Shown here one piece after another: positions 36,405 to 45,972 of a stretch of DNA of 54,015 bases. The number at the start of each line of letters is the position of its first letter. The first letter of the stretch is position 1. Made by a program: the position numbers and the translations under genes. The notes under the pieces were generated by a model, which was given only the letters and a program-made list of their open reading frames with translations, searched no databases and was not told the origin of the DNA. The DNA is from a virus (lineage: Duplodnaviria > Caudoviricetes), in IMG/VR virus record IMGVR_UViG_3300037247_000257, positions 1-54,015 of that record; one strand, 5' to 3'.

Positions 36405-36674
36405 CTACTCATCATTTTCTTGGATTAATACATACTTATTAGCCTGAGCTTCTTCGTAAACCATATTAACCATCTCGTCCATGATGTCTGTAAGCTCATA
36501 TTCAACATCATACCTCTCCCGGAGGAGTTGTTGAATCTCATTAACGTCAGTCTGGTGTGTTACCAACCGTTTTGTCTTAAGCACAATCATATGTGCTTTT
36601 AGCATGCCGCTACGTACATGCGATTTCGCAACGTCTTTTACAACGTAAGCATCGAATTCTTCCCACTGTTTCAT
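36405..36674 (-). CDS. Hypothetical protein
   Basis: 89 aa ORF coupled to the SF2 helicase gene. Confidence 0.55.
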   Translation of the reverse strand: MKQWEEFDAYVVKDVAKSHVRSGMLKAHMIVLKTKRLVTHQTDVNEIQQLLRERYDVEYELTDIMDEMVNMVYEEAQANKYVLIQENDE

Positions 36675-38092
36675 AGTACTTTCTTTAATAAGTTAATACA
36701 CTCATCCATGTCTTGTAACCATGCTACATTTTGAGAATTCTTTTGGCATTTACGTAACCACTTCTCATCCTGTGAGTTAGGAATGAAAAGGTTTACATAT
36801 ACACCTTGTTTCTCGGTACCATCAGCATATGTATGCTTACGAGCGATACGCCCAGTACGCTGTGTATGCTGAGTTGGATTAGTAGTTCGACTTGCATCAA
36901 CTCCTAATACTACATCTGGTACATCGAACCCTTGGTCGAGAGCTTTTGCGGTACATACTACATCTACGCCATGACTAGAATTAGTGAATCGCTCTAGAGC
37001 ATCTTTCTTTCTAGCTGTTGGCCCTTGCTTTTTTGTCGTTTTATACTTGACTTTGTATATTCCGTTAACGTACTGAGATTTACCATTCACTGTTTCCGCA
37101 AAGCGATCAGCTGATTCTTGTCTCTTGTACTCCTTAGTCTTAGTAATTTGAACGTGTTTAGTTTCAAGGTTAGAGTGATATGCTACTGCTCTCCTGCCTA
37201 CTGCGTTTTTAACTTCGTCTGCGAACTGTGTTGATTGAGAAAACGTGATGGTTTTATAACCAAACTCGTTGATAAGATCAACGGTAGCGTTAACTTTATG
37301 CTCTGTTTTGTATAGAAACGATTGTCTCTCTTGCACACAACGCTGTCCTTGAACAGCATCCCGTACAATTTCTTTACTCTTTTCCTTAGGGTCTTGAGTA
37401 GGATAATACTGTAGAGCATAAGCATACGCGTTATCCGAATTCATACAGCTACGCATTATGTCGAAGTCTCCGAACTTTGCAGCAAAGTGTCGAATTTGTT
37501 TTGATAAGTTAGTTAGCTTATCTTTTTCATGTCGAGTTAAGAATACTGGAACATTCAACTCTATGAAATCATTAATCCACCCTTTCTCTATTGCTAGAGA
37601 TTGGCTTATCGTGTAAATAACAGGTGCGTACTTCTTTAAAAGCGCTTCTTTACCATCTAAACGATCGATAGTTGCTGTTAAACCTAGTATCCACTTGTAA
37701 TCTACTAAAGAAAACAAGCGACTAAACTTATCGGCAGCCATCATATGGATCTCATCTACAATGAGTAGATCAACTTTATATTTCTGGTTTTTCAGAGCTA
37801 TAGAGTTGATCACCATCACTGTAGTGTTGGTTGATAGCCCGAAGGCTTTCAATATACCCTCCCACTGAGCCTTCAACTGAGTTGTCGGCACAATGATAAG
37901 AGCGTGTCGGTTGGAATTAAGTTTTACCATCTTAGCTATTGCTAGACAGCCAATAATAGACTTACCAAAACCTGTTGCAGCTTCGATAGTACCACGTGCT
38001 CCGGACCTAGTCCAAGTTATGATACAACGAAGTTGCATGATGTACTTTAGTGCATCAATTTTATCAACGGGTATTCCTAGTAAAGTCTTCAT
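36671..38092 (-). CDS. SF2 DExH helicase (ResIII/UvsW-like)
   Basis: ATGFGKS, DEIH, LTAT, GFDVPD, QRTGR. Confidence 0.92.
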   Translation of the reverse strand: MKTLLGIPVDKIDALKYIMQLRCIITWTRSGARGTIEAATGFGKSIIGCLAIAKMVKLNSNRHALIIVPTTQLKAQWEGILKAFGLSTNTTVMVINSIALKNQKYKVDLLIVDEIHMMAADKFSRLFSLVDYKWILGLTATIDRLDGKEALLKKYAPVIYTISQSLAIEKGWINDFIELNVPVFLTRHEKDKLTNLSKQIRHFAAKFGDFDIMRSCMNSDNAYAYALQYYPTQDPKEKSKEIVRDAVQGQRCVQERQSFLYKTEHKVNATVDLINEFGYKTITFSQSTQFADEVKNAVGRRAVAYHSNLETKHVQITKTKEYKRQESADRFAETVNGKSQYVNGIYKVKYKTTKKQGPTARKKDALERFTNSSHGVDVVCTAKALDQGFDVPDVVLGVDASRTTNPTQHTQRTGRIARKHTYADGTEKQGVYVNLFIPNSQDEKWLRKCQKNSQNVAWLQDMDECINLLKKVL

Positions 38093-38385
38093 CGTTTTAA
38101 AACTTCTAAAACTGGACCTGGAGCATCTCCTAACTTAGCTGCTTCAAGTATACCTTTTTTGTCCATATTTGAACTTAGTTTATCAATACCTGCTTCAGAC
38201 ATATCAATAATCCAAGATGATACTGTTACTATATCAATTTCAGTTGTATTCTTAGTTATAAGAATTAATCTGACTTCTCGTACCAGCTTAGCTCTTTTAA
38301 TATACTGAGAAACAACTTGTTTTTGTTCCTGTGGTACATGTACCCTAACAGTATGTGACCAAGGCCTTGCGTTTTCATTTTCCAT
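38089..38385 (-). CDS. Hypothetical protein
   Basis: 98 aa from MENENARP. Confidence 0.5.
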   Translation of the reverse strand: MENENARPWSHTVRVHVPQEQKQVVSQYIKRAKLVREVRLILITKNTTEIDIVTVSSWIIDMSEAGIDKLSSNMDKKGILEAAKLGDAPGPVLEVLKR

Positions 38386-38395
38386 CTTTGTGTTT

Positions 38396-40222
38396 TTAGA
38401 AGAGAGACAGTTGAGCTGGCTCAATGAGCCTTCTGAGTTTTTCTGCTTCTCTGATGTAATAACTATAGTTTATACGCTCACCTTCAGCATAATCATTTAA
38501 GATAGTAACGCCGCTGTCTTTGAGTACATGACCCATTGACCCGTCTGGTTTTTTCTTAAATAAGTACGCTCCATTAAGAGACGCATAGAACCTATTTGTT
38601 TTTTGTAGTTCCTTTTGATTGTGTACCGCTTTGAACTGCTTACCCATTTTCTGCATCATACAGAAGTCATAGATGTTAGTACAGCTTTCTACAGTATCTA
38701 TGATATGTTTACCGTTGATAAAGTACTCATAAAGAGCCTTCTTAACTATCGGTTTATCATATCCTTTACCTAGCGGCGTATCACGCAGAAAGAAACCTTT
38801 CTCTTTTACTCCACCTCCTTTATAAACAGCGAGGTAACTGTTAACGTCACGTCTGATAACCTTCTCGTATTCAGCATATTCTAACTGTAACCTAGTTACA
38901 GCTTCCCAATTCTTACATATTTCATAATACGTGTCGATTTGATCTTCTGGGATCATGCATGTTATACCATCGGTATTCAGTGAGTCAACTTTAAAGCCCG
39001 CGTCAGTCAATGATTCTGATAACATACTAAGGAGTAATTGTCCGTTTAATGTTATCTTCATCGCAACCATTGGGTCATATAACCAAGAAAACTCGTTGAT
39101 TAAATTACCGTACGAACCATTTAGCATCAACTTATAAGTATCTGCCATCAATTGTGCTTGAGGATCTGTCTTAGCTGCAGGTTTATAGATATTCAGTCTA
39201 TCATCTCTAATCTGTTTGTACAGAGGAATGAATATATCTTTATCCAAATGTTCTGGACACCATCCATATTCTATCCATAAAGACGGATATAGTGAACCTA
39301 CATCAGCATCCATGTATATCCAGCCTGGTTCCGGAGCAATAATACCCGGACGATCTTTGCTGTGTATACCACCTGTACCATAATCATGTTTAACACCACC
39401 GTATATAACTGAGTAATTCAAAGCACCACGTGTTTCCGTGATAGTTTTCCCTTTCAAAGTCACAAGTAAATCGCTAAACTCTTTGCTTTTAAAGGATACT
39501 TCAGGTAATATACAATCAGATAGCTTGATTTCAGGTCTGAATGTCCTACGGTCTCTAAAACCTTCATCACCAGACTCTTCCTCGTACATGTTAGCAAATA
39601 AGTTTACACCTACACGCACTGGGTCATCGCTCAGGCAATCTAGCCCAAACTTCTCTTTAACACCTATGCGTAAAGCTATATCCTTATCTTTAAGCTCACA
39701 AAGTCGTTTAGTAGCGCCGATATCATTCCAGTTATACTCTTTAACTTTTTCCCATTCAGTAAGTGTCAACTCCTTATCAAAAGGATAAGGTAAATCTTGC
39801 ACTTTAGCCCAACACATACTTACTTCCATCTCTTTGAGACTCACACGCAACGCTTTAGATGCATGTAGTGTCATCAAGTCAACAGATTGATAATGAGTAT
39901 TACAGTACACATACTTCTTTTTAAAGAGCTTGTATGTAAAGTCAAAATCACCGTGTTGAGATGTTATAATCTTTTGTGAAACGCCATATAGCTCAGGAGC
40001 TGAAACAGCAGGGTGAGCTAAGATATAGTTGATAATAGGATCATCATAACCTGAGTTATTATAACCTACCAACCATTTTACCGAAATAAGAAACTCTCTA
40101 AGCCTATTACTATCATCACGCCAAGGAGATATCTCAAACATGTGACGCTCGTTGCTTTTATAGTTCTCAAAACCTACACAGAATGCATTAGGAAAGATCT
40201 CTATATCGTATATCCATACCAT
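38396..40222 (-). CDS. polB: Family B DNA polymerase with 3'-5' exonuclease domain
   Basis: Exo I YDIE, Exo II GYNNSGYD, pol motifs DVGSLYPS, KLMLNGSYG and NTDG. Confidence 0.93.
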   Translation of the reverse strand: MVWIYDIEIFPNAFCVGFENYKSNERHMFEISPWRDDSNRLREFLISVKWLVGYNNSGYDDPIINYILAHPAVSAPELYGVSQKIITSQHGDFDFTYKLFKKKYVYCNTHYQSVDLMTLHASKALRVSLKEMEVSMCWAKVQDLPYPFDKELTLTEWEKVKEYNWNDIGATKRLCELKDKDIALRIGVKEKFGLDCLSDDPVRVGVNLFANMYEEESGDEGFRDRRTFRPEIKLSDCILPEVSFKSKEFSDLLVTLKGKTITETRGALNYSVIYGGVKHDYGTGGIHSKDRPGIIAPEPGWIYMDADVGSLYPSLWIEYGWCPEHLDKDIFIPLYKQIRDDRLNIYKPAAKTDPQAQLMADTYKLMLNGSYGNLINEFSWLYDPMVAMKITLNGQLLLSMLSESLTDAGFKVDSLNTDGITCMIPEDQIDTYYEICKNWEAVTRLQLEYAEYEKVIRRDVNSYLAVYKGGGVKEKGFFLRDTPLGKGYDKPIVKKALYEYFINGKHIIDTVESCTNIYDFCMMQKMGKQFKAVHNQKELQKTNRFYASLNGAYLFKKKPDGSMGHVLKDSGVTILNDYAEGERINYSYYIREAEKLRRLIEPAQLSLF

Positions 40223-40236
40223 AAATAACGAGTTTA

Positions 40237-40269
40237 AGAAAAGAAAAGGAACACACGAATGCGCTCCTT
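40237..40269 (-). terminator. Intrinsic terminator
   Basis: AAGGAGCGCA-TTCG-TGTGTTCCTT followed by TTCTTTTCT. Confidence 0.7.
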
Positions 40270-40277
40270 AACTAGTT

Positions 40278-40793
40278 TTACTTCATAAACGCAGGAACTT
40301 CCTGGTCTTGTTTGTCATGAACAGCCGGAGCTATTGCATCAACACTGGTGTTACTAGCCATACGAGCTGCTTTACGCTCAGCTGCTGTCTTACGAACACC
40401 TTCCTTTTTAGGTGCAGGACACCAAGACTTCACAAACAAACCGGTAATACCTTTGCTTGTTGTCTTTTCAATGACAGTAATCTCTACTGCCTGGCCATGT
40501 TCAGGGAATTTGGCATTACCCTCAGTGTCTAAGAAAACACTCAAGCTAAGAGCTTGATTTGCTGCCTCGTCATAATCACCTTGAGCCATCAAGGTATCTG
40601 CTGCTAAATCGTGATACTCAGACATTGCTGCGAAATTCACTATACCTACTTGATGAGCACCACTTGGGTGTATCTTTCTGTAATTCTTGTTGACGTTAGT
40701 CACGACAGTGTCGTATGTACCAGGACTACCAATGATAAGTCTTGATGCGATGATTCTGTCTGCTGCGTCTTCTGTTAATCTTTGCGTTTGCAT
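40278..40793 (-). CDS. Hypothetical protein, possibly OB-fold/SSB-like
   Basis: 171 aa; flexible tail ending EVPAFMK; lies upstream of the polymerase. Confidence 0.45.
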   Translation of the reverse strand: MQTQRLTEDAADRIIASRLIIGSPGTYDTVVTNVNKNYRKIHPSGAHQVGIVNFAAMSEYHDLAADTLMAQGDYDEAANQALSLSVFLDTEGNAKFPEHGQAVEITVIEKTTSKGITGLFVKSWCPAPKKEGVRKTAAERKAARMASNTSVDAIAPAVHDKQDQEVPAFMK

Positions 40794-40816
40794 AACTTTC
40801 TGTTTATAATTTACGT

Positions 40817-41158
40817 TTAATTTAACCCGAACTTTTTAGACATAATATACATCTTATGGCGTTCGGAATTTACCATTTCAGCGTGTACACACACGCCTAT
40901 GAAGAATGAGATTTCTGGTGTCAGCTCTTCCACTTTTTCAGCTGCTGCTTGAGCTAGCTCTCCTACGGAACATGGAGCAGATACTGATATACCTTTACCT
41001 CTTTCATCATCGATTTTACTTTGAATTGCTAAATCAAGGTTTTCATTCATCACAGTTTCAACTACTGAGTGTATTTCAAAAGCTTTTTCTTCAGATAAAT
41101 CACAAGAAGCAAACAAGTTATTGTCTGCTTCTGCTACGTTAAAGTTAAACCTCTTCAT
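40817..41158 (-). CDS. Hypothetical protein
   Basis: 113 aa acidic ORF. Confidence 0.55.
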   Translation of the reverse strand: MKRFNFNVAEADNNLFASCDLSEEKAFEIHSVVETVMNENLDLAIQSKIDDERGKGISVSAPCSVGELAQAAAEKVEELTPEISFFIGVCVHAEMVNSERHKMYIMSKKFGLN

Positions 41159-41493
41159 AAACCACTCTTTTCTAAACCTTTCATTAAATTCTTGATTTGT
41201 GTAACTGTTAACTCACCTTTCACAAACTGGTTAAACCCCCTAGAACAAGCTACAACATTACCTTTCACATACCCCTTGTCGTTGTCAATACGATCTAGGC
41301 TGTGTTGGTTGTAATCTTCGTTTATATGATTTAGTTGTTCACCAGTAAAGTGACAAGTGTCAGTCTTCATTACTCTTTTTAACTCAGCAAAGCTGATTGA
41401 GACTTCAATGTCTCTCTTACTAGCGTTTAATGCTAGTGCCACATACTTCTTCGCTACGACTAAGTCTGTGATCTGTTTTTTTGCGTTTTTCAT
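41155..41493 (-). CDS. HNH-like (beta-beta-alpha-Me) protein
   Basis: CHFTG...SLDRIDNDKGYVKGNVVAC. Confidence 0.7.
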   Translation of the reverse strand: MKNAKKQITDLVVAKKYVALALNASKRDIEVSISFAELKRVMKTDTCHFTGEQLNHINEDYNQHSLDRIDNDKGYVKGNVVACSRGFNQFVKGELTVTQIKNLMKGLEKSGL

Positions 41494-41516
41494 TATTATC
41501 TATAGTGTTTTCATAG

Positions 41517-41597
41517 TAGAGAGTACAGGATTCGAACCTGCAAATTGCTTACGATCAAGCGAGTCATTCCTTGGTATACCAATTCCGCCAACTCTCT
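41517..41597 (-). tRNA. tRNA-like RNA with Leu-type D loop and no canonical anticodon arm
   Basis: AGAGAGT/ACTCTCT-A acceptor, GGCGGAATTGGTATAC D region, GCAGG-TTCGAAT-CCTGT T arm; no 5-bp stem with a 7-nt anticodon loop can be drawn. Confidence 0.6.
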
Positions 41598-41646
41598 ATT
41601 AGGTAAGGACATTGATGTCCCTACCATGCTAGTACTTTCCTAGCAG

Positions 41647-42336
41647 TCATACTTTCTTATTCTTCCAATCAGAGAATTTCTCACCCTCAGTACGCATACC
41701 ATGCAACCATGCTGATTTGCATAACCTCTCAACCTCTTCACGAGTGTATAGTTTTTCTCCTACTATTTGTGATGGAGTAGCTCCTTTATATAAGACTTCA
41801 TCTAACTCTTTAAAACCAGTAGTCATTTTAGGCTCAACCCACACAACCTCGTTGTTTTGGAGTTTGAGATTAACTATCTGCGTATTATCGTCAGGATTAG
41901 CATAATATGTTACATTATACTCCAACTCAACCTCTTCAGGTTGATTTTTAGCATAGTGTTCTACTAAGCTTTGAGGGATTTGTGGTAAACTTCTAGACAC
42001 TTCTGTTATTGTGCCGTCCATTGAGTGTAAACCTACCTTCACTTTAAGCTTAGGATCAGTTGTAGCTATGATTTTCTTGAACTCATCACTATAAGGTGAC
42101 TTAAACTCTTCTTTATAATCATCACACCTCCAAACCTCATCCCCATCAAATACCCAATCACCCTCTTTTATATCATCATCTGAGAGTATGTAGAGGTGTT
42201 GCATCTCTCCTCTAGGTATATCAGTTTTGTCGTTATACACTAAATCACCAGTGTCTTTATATTTACCTATATAGGAAAATTTATCCTCAGTAGGCAACAT
42301 GATTATTTTCTCAAATGATATTAGTTCGTCTTTCAT
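41647..42336 (-). CDS. Hypothetical phage protein
   Basis: QHLYILSDDDIKEGDW...KKIIATTD...LPQIPQS pattern, which recurs in Bacteroidota phage proteins. Confidence 0.6.
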   Translation of the reverse strand: MKDELISFEKIIMLPTEDKFSYIGKYKDTGDLVYNDKTDIPRGEMQHLYILSDDDIKEGDWVFDGDEVWRCDDYKEEFKSPYSDEFKKIIATTDPKLKVKVGLHSMDGTITEVSRSLPQIPQSLVEHYAKNQPEEVELEYNVTYYANPDDNTQIVNLKLQNNEVVWVEPKMTTGFKELDEVLYKGATPSQIVGEKLYTREEVERLCKSAWLHGMRTEGEKFSDWKNKKV

Positions 42337-42353
42337 AATTAGATTTTTTAAAG

Positions 42354-42727
42354 TGGAGACGCAGGGAGTCGAACCCTGGTCCAGCGAAGCACTATGTCCA
42401 CACGATATACGAACGTAAAGGTTTTAAAGCTCCACAGCTACATCTTATTTACTGTAGGTGCCAAACAGAGCAGCGTTTTACATCTCTACCCGATGGATTC
42501 TAGTGTGACTAGTAACTTGTGCAACTTTCTGTTCCTCCGTAGTTACAACGGGCGCGATCCTATGCTGCTACAGCTACAGGTGCCACAAGGGCTCTCGCTT
42601 CGGTAAGTAAACTTACCATGATTGTCTCGTCGTTTCCGATTAAACAGTTGGAACGTTTTTACAGTGTCTCATTCCATCACTGGCCGCGTGTGTACATAGT
42701 TACAACCTGTCAATTCCGGTCGTCCCC
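42354..42727 (-). ncRNA. ssrA: tmRNA
   Basis: GGGGACG/CGTCTCC-A acceptor with G3-U70, GGAATTGAC D-loop analogue, CAGGG-TTCGACT-CCCTG T arm; internal tag frame 42637-42560 GNDETIMVSLLTEARALVAPVAVAA*. Confidence 0.93.
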
Positions 42728-42731
42728 ATGT

Positions 42732-42771
42732 AAAAAGAACTCGGTACATGAATTAACTTTACCGAGTTCTT
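42732..42771 (-). terminator. Terminator-like hairpin directly upstream of the tmRNA
   Basis: AAGAACTCGGTA-13 nt-TACCGAGTTCTT followed by TTT. Confidence 0.65.
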
Positions 42772-43005
42772 ATAATTATTATTCTTTCTTTGCTTTTTAG
42801 TTACTTCGTTTTGTTTTATGAGTAAAAAACGAATAGTATAGTAGCAGACAGAAACCCAAATTCTGCGCCACCTCCTTGCTGTTACTCGCTTGTAACTTGC
42901 CTCCTAGTCAAGTATCGATCGCTACTGAACTGGTTTGACAAGTAATCAAGTATAACACTACCATGCTCATGACAAGTAGTATCAATGGTATAAGTATCAA
43001 CTTTA

Positions 43006-43233
43006 TCATGAGTGTCTTGTTACGCAATACTGACCTTGAACTGTTAACCCAGCATCCATTGCTTCTACTCTTTCTTCAGTAGACATTGGCTCAGGTTTAT
43101 TAATTCTGTAACTGAGTGTTTTATCTGCTTGTGAAGGCAAAGGATGATTTTTACCATGGTTTAATTTATTCCATAAACCTTTGGCTTTTCTATTTGATGC
43201 GTTAAGTGCATCCCACTGCTTTCTGTCTAGCAT
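43006..43233 (-). CDS. Hypothetical protein
   Basis: 75 aa ORF. Confidence 0.5.
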   Translation of the reverse strand: MLDRKQWDALNASNRKAKGLWNKLNHGKNHPLPSQADKTLSYRINKPEPMSTEERVEAMDAGLTVQGQYCVTRHS

Positions 43234-43350
43234 TGCTTTAATATTAACGTTGTAAAAACTTTGATTCCTGTTATTTTAATTCTTGCTCTTTTACCTTGAG
43301 CGGAGGTGTACTGTTGCCCAACCTGGTTAGGCAACGTACTTGTATTAGTT

Positions 43351-43734
43351 TTATTCATAAGATCTTATGTCATAAGTATTACCTGCTGACATAAATATGT
43401 AATCTTCGACCCATGTTCTAGAGCCTGAGTAATCATAAGTATAAGCGACAAATATATCTCTCGATCCGTTGTCAAAGTCTCTTAATACATACTCTTTTGT
43501 AACTTGACCCGAAGGTATTGTGTCCCACGTCCACTGACGTATACCATCAACAGGCACAGATGTTTGCATTATAGCACCATCTACATTGTCTGCTTTATAC
43601 CACGTTACTGTAATCAAATCATCAGTTTCACTAGATGATGTAGTTGGAGCAACTGTGTCGTCGTTGTCCTTATTGCACGATATCATACAAGCACCTAGTG
43701 ACAGTATGATAAGATTAGTAATAATAGTTTTCAT
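43351..43734 (-). CDS. Lipoprotein
   Basis: Signal peptide with lipobox-like MISC followed by an acidic NKDNDD segment. Confidence 0.7.
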   Translation of the reverse strand: MKTIITNLIILSLGACMISCNKDNDDTVAPTTSSSETDDLITVTWYKADNVDGAIMQTSVPVDGIRQWTWDTIPSGQVTKEYVLRDFDNGSRDIFVAYTYDYSGSRTWVEDYIFMSAGNTYDIRSYE

Positions 43735-44254
43735 TATTGTTTTCTAAGCTAGAATTAGCTTTTTTGTGGTAAAACGGTTTATCGTTAAATGACGTACTAG
43801 ATCTAATTTCACCAAACTCTTTATGAATTACATAAGTAAGTGTTCCGTAGCATTCTTGATCATTTATCCACCATCTAAGAAAGTCTTTTTCAGTTTTAAT
43901 TATTACTTCTTCGTCAAACTTTAAGAAATCACCTGACTGATCACAAAGCCATACAGGTCTACCACAAGCTAAACTGTGTTCTATTTCTTTTGCTGAACCT
44001 CTACCAATACTTCCATTACAGTCTGCTTCTACTACAATGTGTAAGCTTGTATCACCCATTACTGTCTGACAGTTTGGATAATCAGCTTTACTGTATCTCT
44101 TATTACCTGTAATATTTACTTGATGTGAGTATGCGCGAGATACTTTTGGATTTTTGCGTAAATCAGCTAACGCCTTGCGTTGTTCACCCCAAGGCATGGA
44201 ATTAGGAAAGGACACATAAACTGATATGCCCTTTCCGTTTTGATTCTTTAACAC
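43715..44254 (-). CDS. Nucleoside deoxyribosyltransferase-like fold protein
   Basis: VYVSFP...IGRGSAKEIEHSLACGRPVWL. Confidence 0.4.
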   Translation of the reverse strand: MLKNQNGKGISVYVSFPNSMPWGEQRKALADLRKNPKVSRAYSHQVNITGNKRYSKADYPNCQTVMGDTSLHIVVEADCNGSIGRGSAKEIEHSLACGRPVWLCDQSGDFLKFDEEVIIKTEKDFLRWWINDQECYGTLTYVIHKEFGEIRSSTSFNDKPFYHKKANSSLENNNENYYY

Positions 44255-44649
44255 TAACCTGGTAAGTTGTCGTTAAATGATAAACCTTCTTTCTCTAAGT
44301 AAGAGTAACCAAACAGTTTGTTTAAGTTAGCATCACTAACTCTTACTTTCTGCTTAGCTATGAAAAGCTTGTGAGTTAAGTCGTCATACTTCTTAGCCCA
44401 AGTCTTACCATCAAATGATGACTCATCAGTACGCTTAGCGTCCATTAAGTTGTTTGATACATTGATGTTCTCCATCTTTTGGAGTTCGATCGTAAATTCA
44501 TCAATCTTTTCTACTTGATCACTTACAATAGATTCATATGCTTTCTTTGTAGAACGCGCAATGATTGAACCTGTCTCTTTGTTGATGTCTTTTCCATCTC
44601 TACCTAGTAAAGTATCGAAAAGCGCTTTTGTTGTTTTAGCTGCTGCCAT
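44254..44649 (-). CDS. Hypothetical coiled-coil protein
   Basis: 131 aa ORF. Confidence 0.55.
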   Translation of the reverse strand: MAAAKTTKALFDTLLGRDGKDINKETGSIIARSTKKAYESIVSDQVEKIDEFTIELQKMENINVSNNLMDAKRTDESSFDGKTWAKKYDDLTHKLFIAKQKVRVSDANLNKLFGYSYLEKEGLSFNDNLPG

Positions 44650-44656
44650 TATCTTA

Positions 44657-44929
44657 TTATCTTCCCTTTGCTTGTCTTAGTTGTGCGTCAGACAAATCAC
44701 GCTTTGCTTGTGTTCTGATATAGTTGAATATTAACCAAAAGGTAATACCACCAAGAGTAAACAACCATCCGAGGATTTGTGTTATATCTTTTGTACCAGG
44801 TACATTAGCAAATGTACAAAGAAGTACCACTAATCCAAACACAATTTGGACTAATGATACTTTTTTTCCTAATGACAAAGTTTTTACTCTGTCATGTGCT
44901 TTCCTAGTCTCTTGACTATCGCACATCAT
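44657..44929 (-). CDS. Two-TM membrane protein
   Basis: Two hydrophobic helices. Confidence 0.55.
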   Translation of the reverse strand: MMCDSQETRKAHDRVKTLSLGKKVSLVQIVFGLVVLLCTFANVPGTKDITQILGWLFTLGGITFWLIFNYIRTQAKRDLSDAQLRQAKGR

Positions 44930-45091
44930 GCCGCTTCTTTTAAAGATTCAGCTTTAGTTACTTCTGCTTCTTGGCTAACTAACACCAAGTCAGTGTATTG
45001 TACACACACTGCATCATTCATCGTATCTGATACGACGAGAAGCCCTAATGGTCCTTTTATCATTTTGTTTAAATTTGGTTACTCTTTGATA

Positions 45092-45346
45092 CTAGTTACT
45101 TGATAGGATGAGGACTTGAGCTTTGTTCATAAACTCAACCACATCTTTTTGTGAGAATAGTTCTTCTTCTACACTGTCCCGATGCATTAAAGCTAGGACT
45201 CTGTCATCTCCAGATGAAGTAAGACGAGCTATTCTAGTTAGCTCGCCTATTAGATGACGTTTGGCCATCAAGAATTCAATGTACATTACTTGTGGCATTT
45301 TCCAGGGCTGTGAAACCCGTTGACTTGACAATAACCACTTTTGCAT
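45092..45346 (-). CDS. Hypothetical protein
   Basis: 84 aa ORF. Confidence 0.45.
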   Translation of the reverse strand: MQKWLLSSQRVSQPWKMPQVMYIEFLMAKRHLIGELTRIARLTSSGDDRVLALMHRDSVEEELFSQKDVVEFMNKAQVLILSSN

Positions 45347-45636
45347 TTTGAAGATGCCTCTTTTTTGTCTCCGCTACCTAGTAGAAGAGACAACGCTAAT
45401 AAAAGTTTCATGATGAGAATGTTATAAGGTGTAAATCCTTATCGAGTTGTGTATGATATTCCACAGCATTTAAAGGAGGATATATTTTCTTTAGCTCTGT
45501 GTTAATTGCACGTAGTTGACCATCTTGATCAACCACGTACCTAATGAATGACATGTGTTTTACTTTCATAAGTAAAGGTATAATACAGTTGCTGTGTACG
45601 CTACGCACTTAACAACGATTGCTATAATAAACAACC

Positions 45637-45912
45637 TCATATTACGATGGTTATTATAGTTGGAAGACAGCAAACAAATACTATTATTCCGAATAATATT
45701 CCTTTCTCCGACTCATCTAAGTCTGCTTCTTGTGCTATTATTGTTGAACCTCCAGCGCAACACATCATAGCAACTGTTATCATCATTAAAACTATCAGTT
45801 TTGTGAACTGATCATCTCCTGCGACATTCATCGCACCGTAAACCCCAATCATCCCGATTAAGATTAACGTCAAGGCACTAAGACCTTTAAATATTGTAAG
45901 CATTGATTTCAT
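45637..45912 (-). CDS. Three-TM membrane protein
   Basis: Three hydrophobic helices; ATG at 45912-45910 lies inside hammerhead stem I. Confidence 0.6.
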   Translation of the reverse strand: MKSMLTIFKGLSALTLILIGMIGVYGAMNVAGDDQFTKLIVLMMITVAMMCCAGGSTIIAQEADLDESEKGILFGIIVFVCCLPTIITIVI

Positions 45913-45972
45913 AGACACATAGTGTTTCGTCTTGCCTCATCAGTATGATAGTTTATAGTCCGCAAGAGGACT
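45909..45972 (-). ncRNA. Type I hammerhead ribozyme with loop-loop pseudoknot
   Basis: TCATA-CTGATGA-G(GCAAGA)C-GAAA-CAC(TAT)GTG-TC^TATGA; upstream hairpin AGTCC-TCTTGC-GGACT has a loop complementary to loop II. Confidence 0.85.

Noticed and set aside
38396-40222. Intein or intron in PolB (also checked in TerL and the helicases)
   Set aside because: Motif spacing is compact and continuous, with no splice-junction or homing-endonuclease insert seen.
42394-42800. + strand ORFs 42394-42606 and 42618-42800
   Set aside because: Antisense to the tmRNA.
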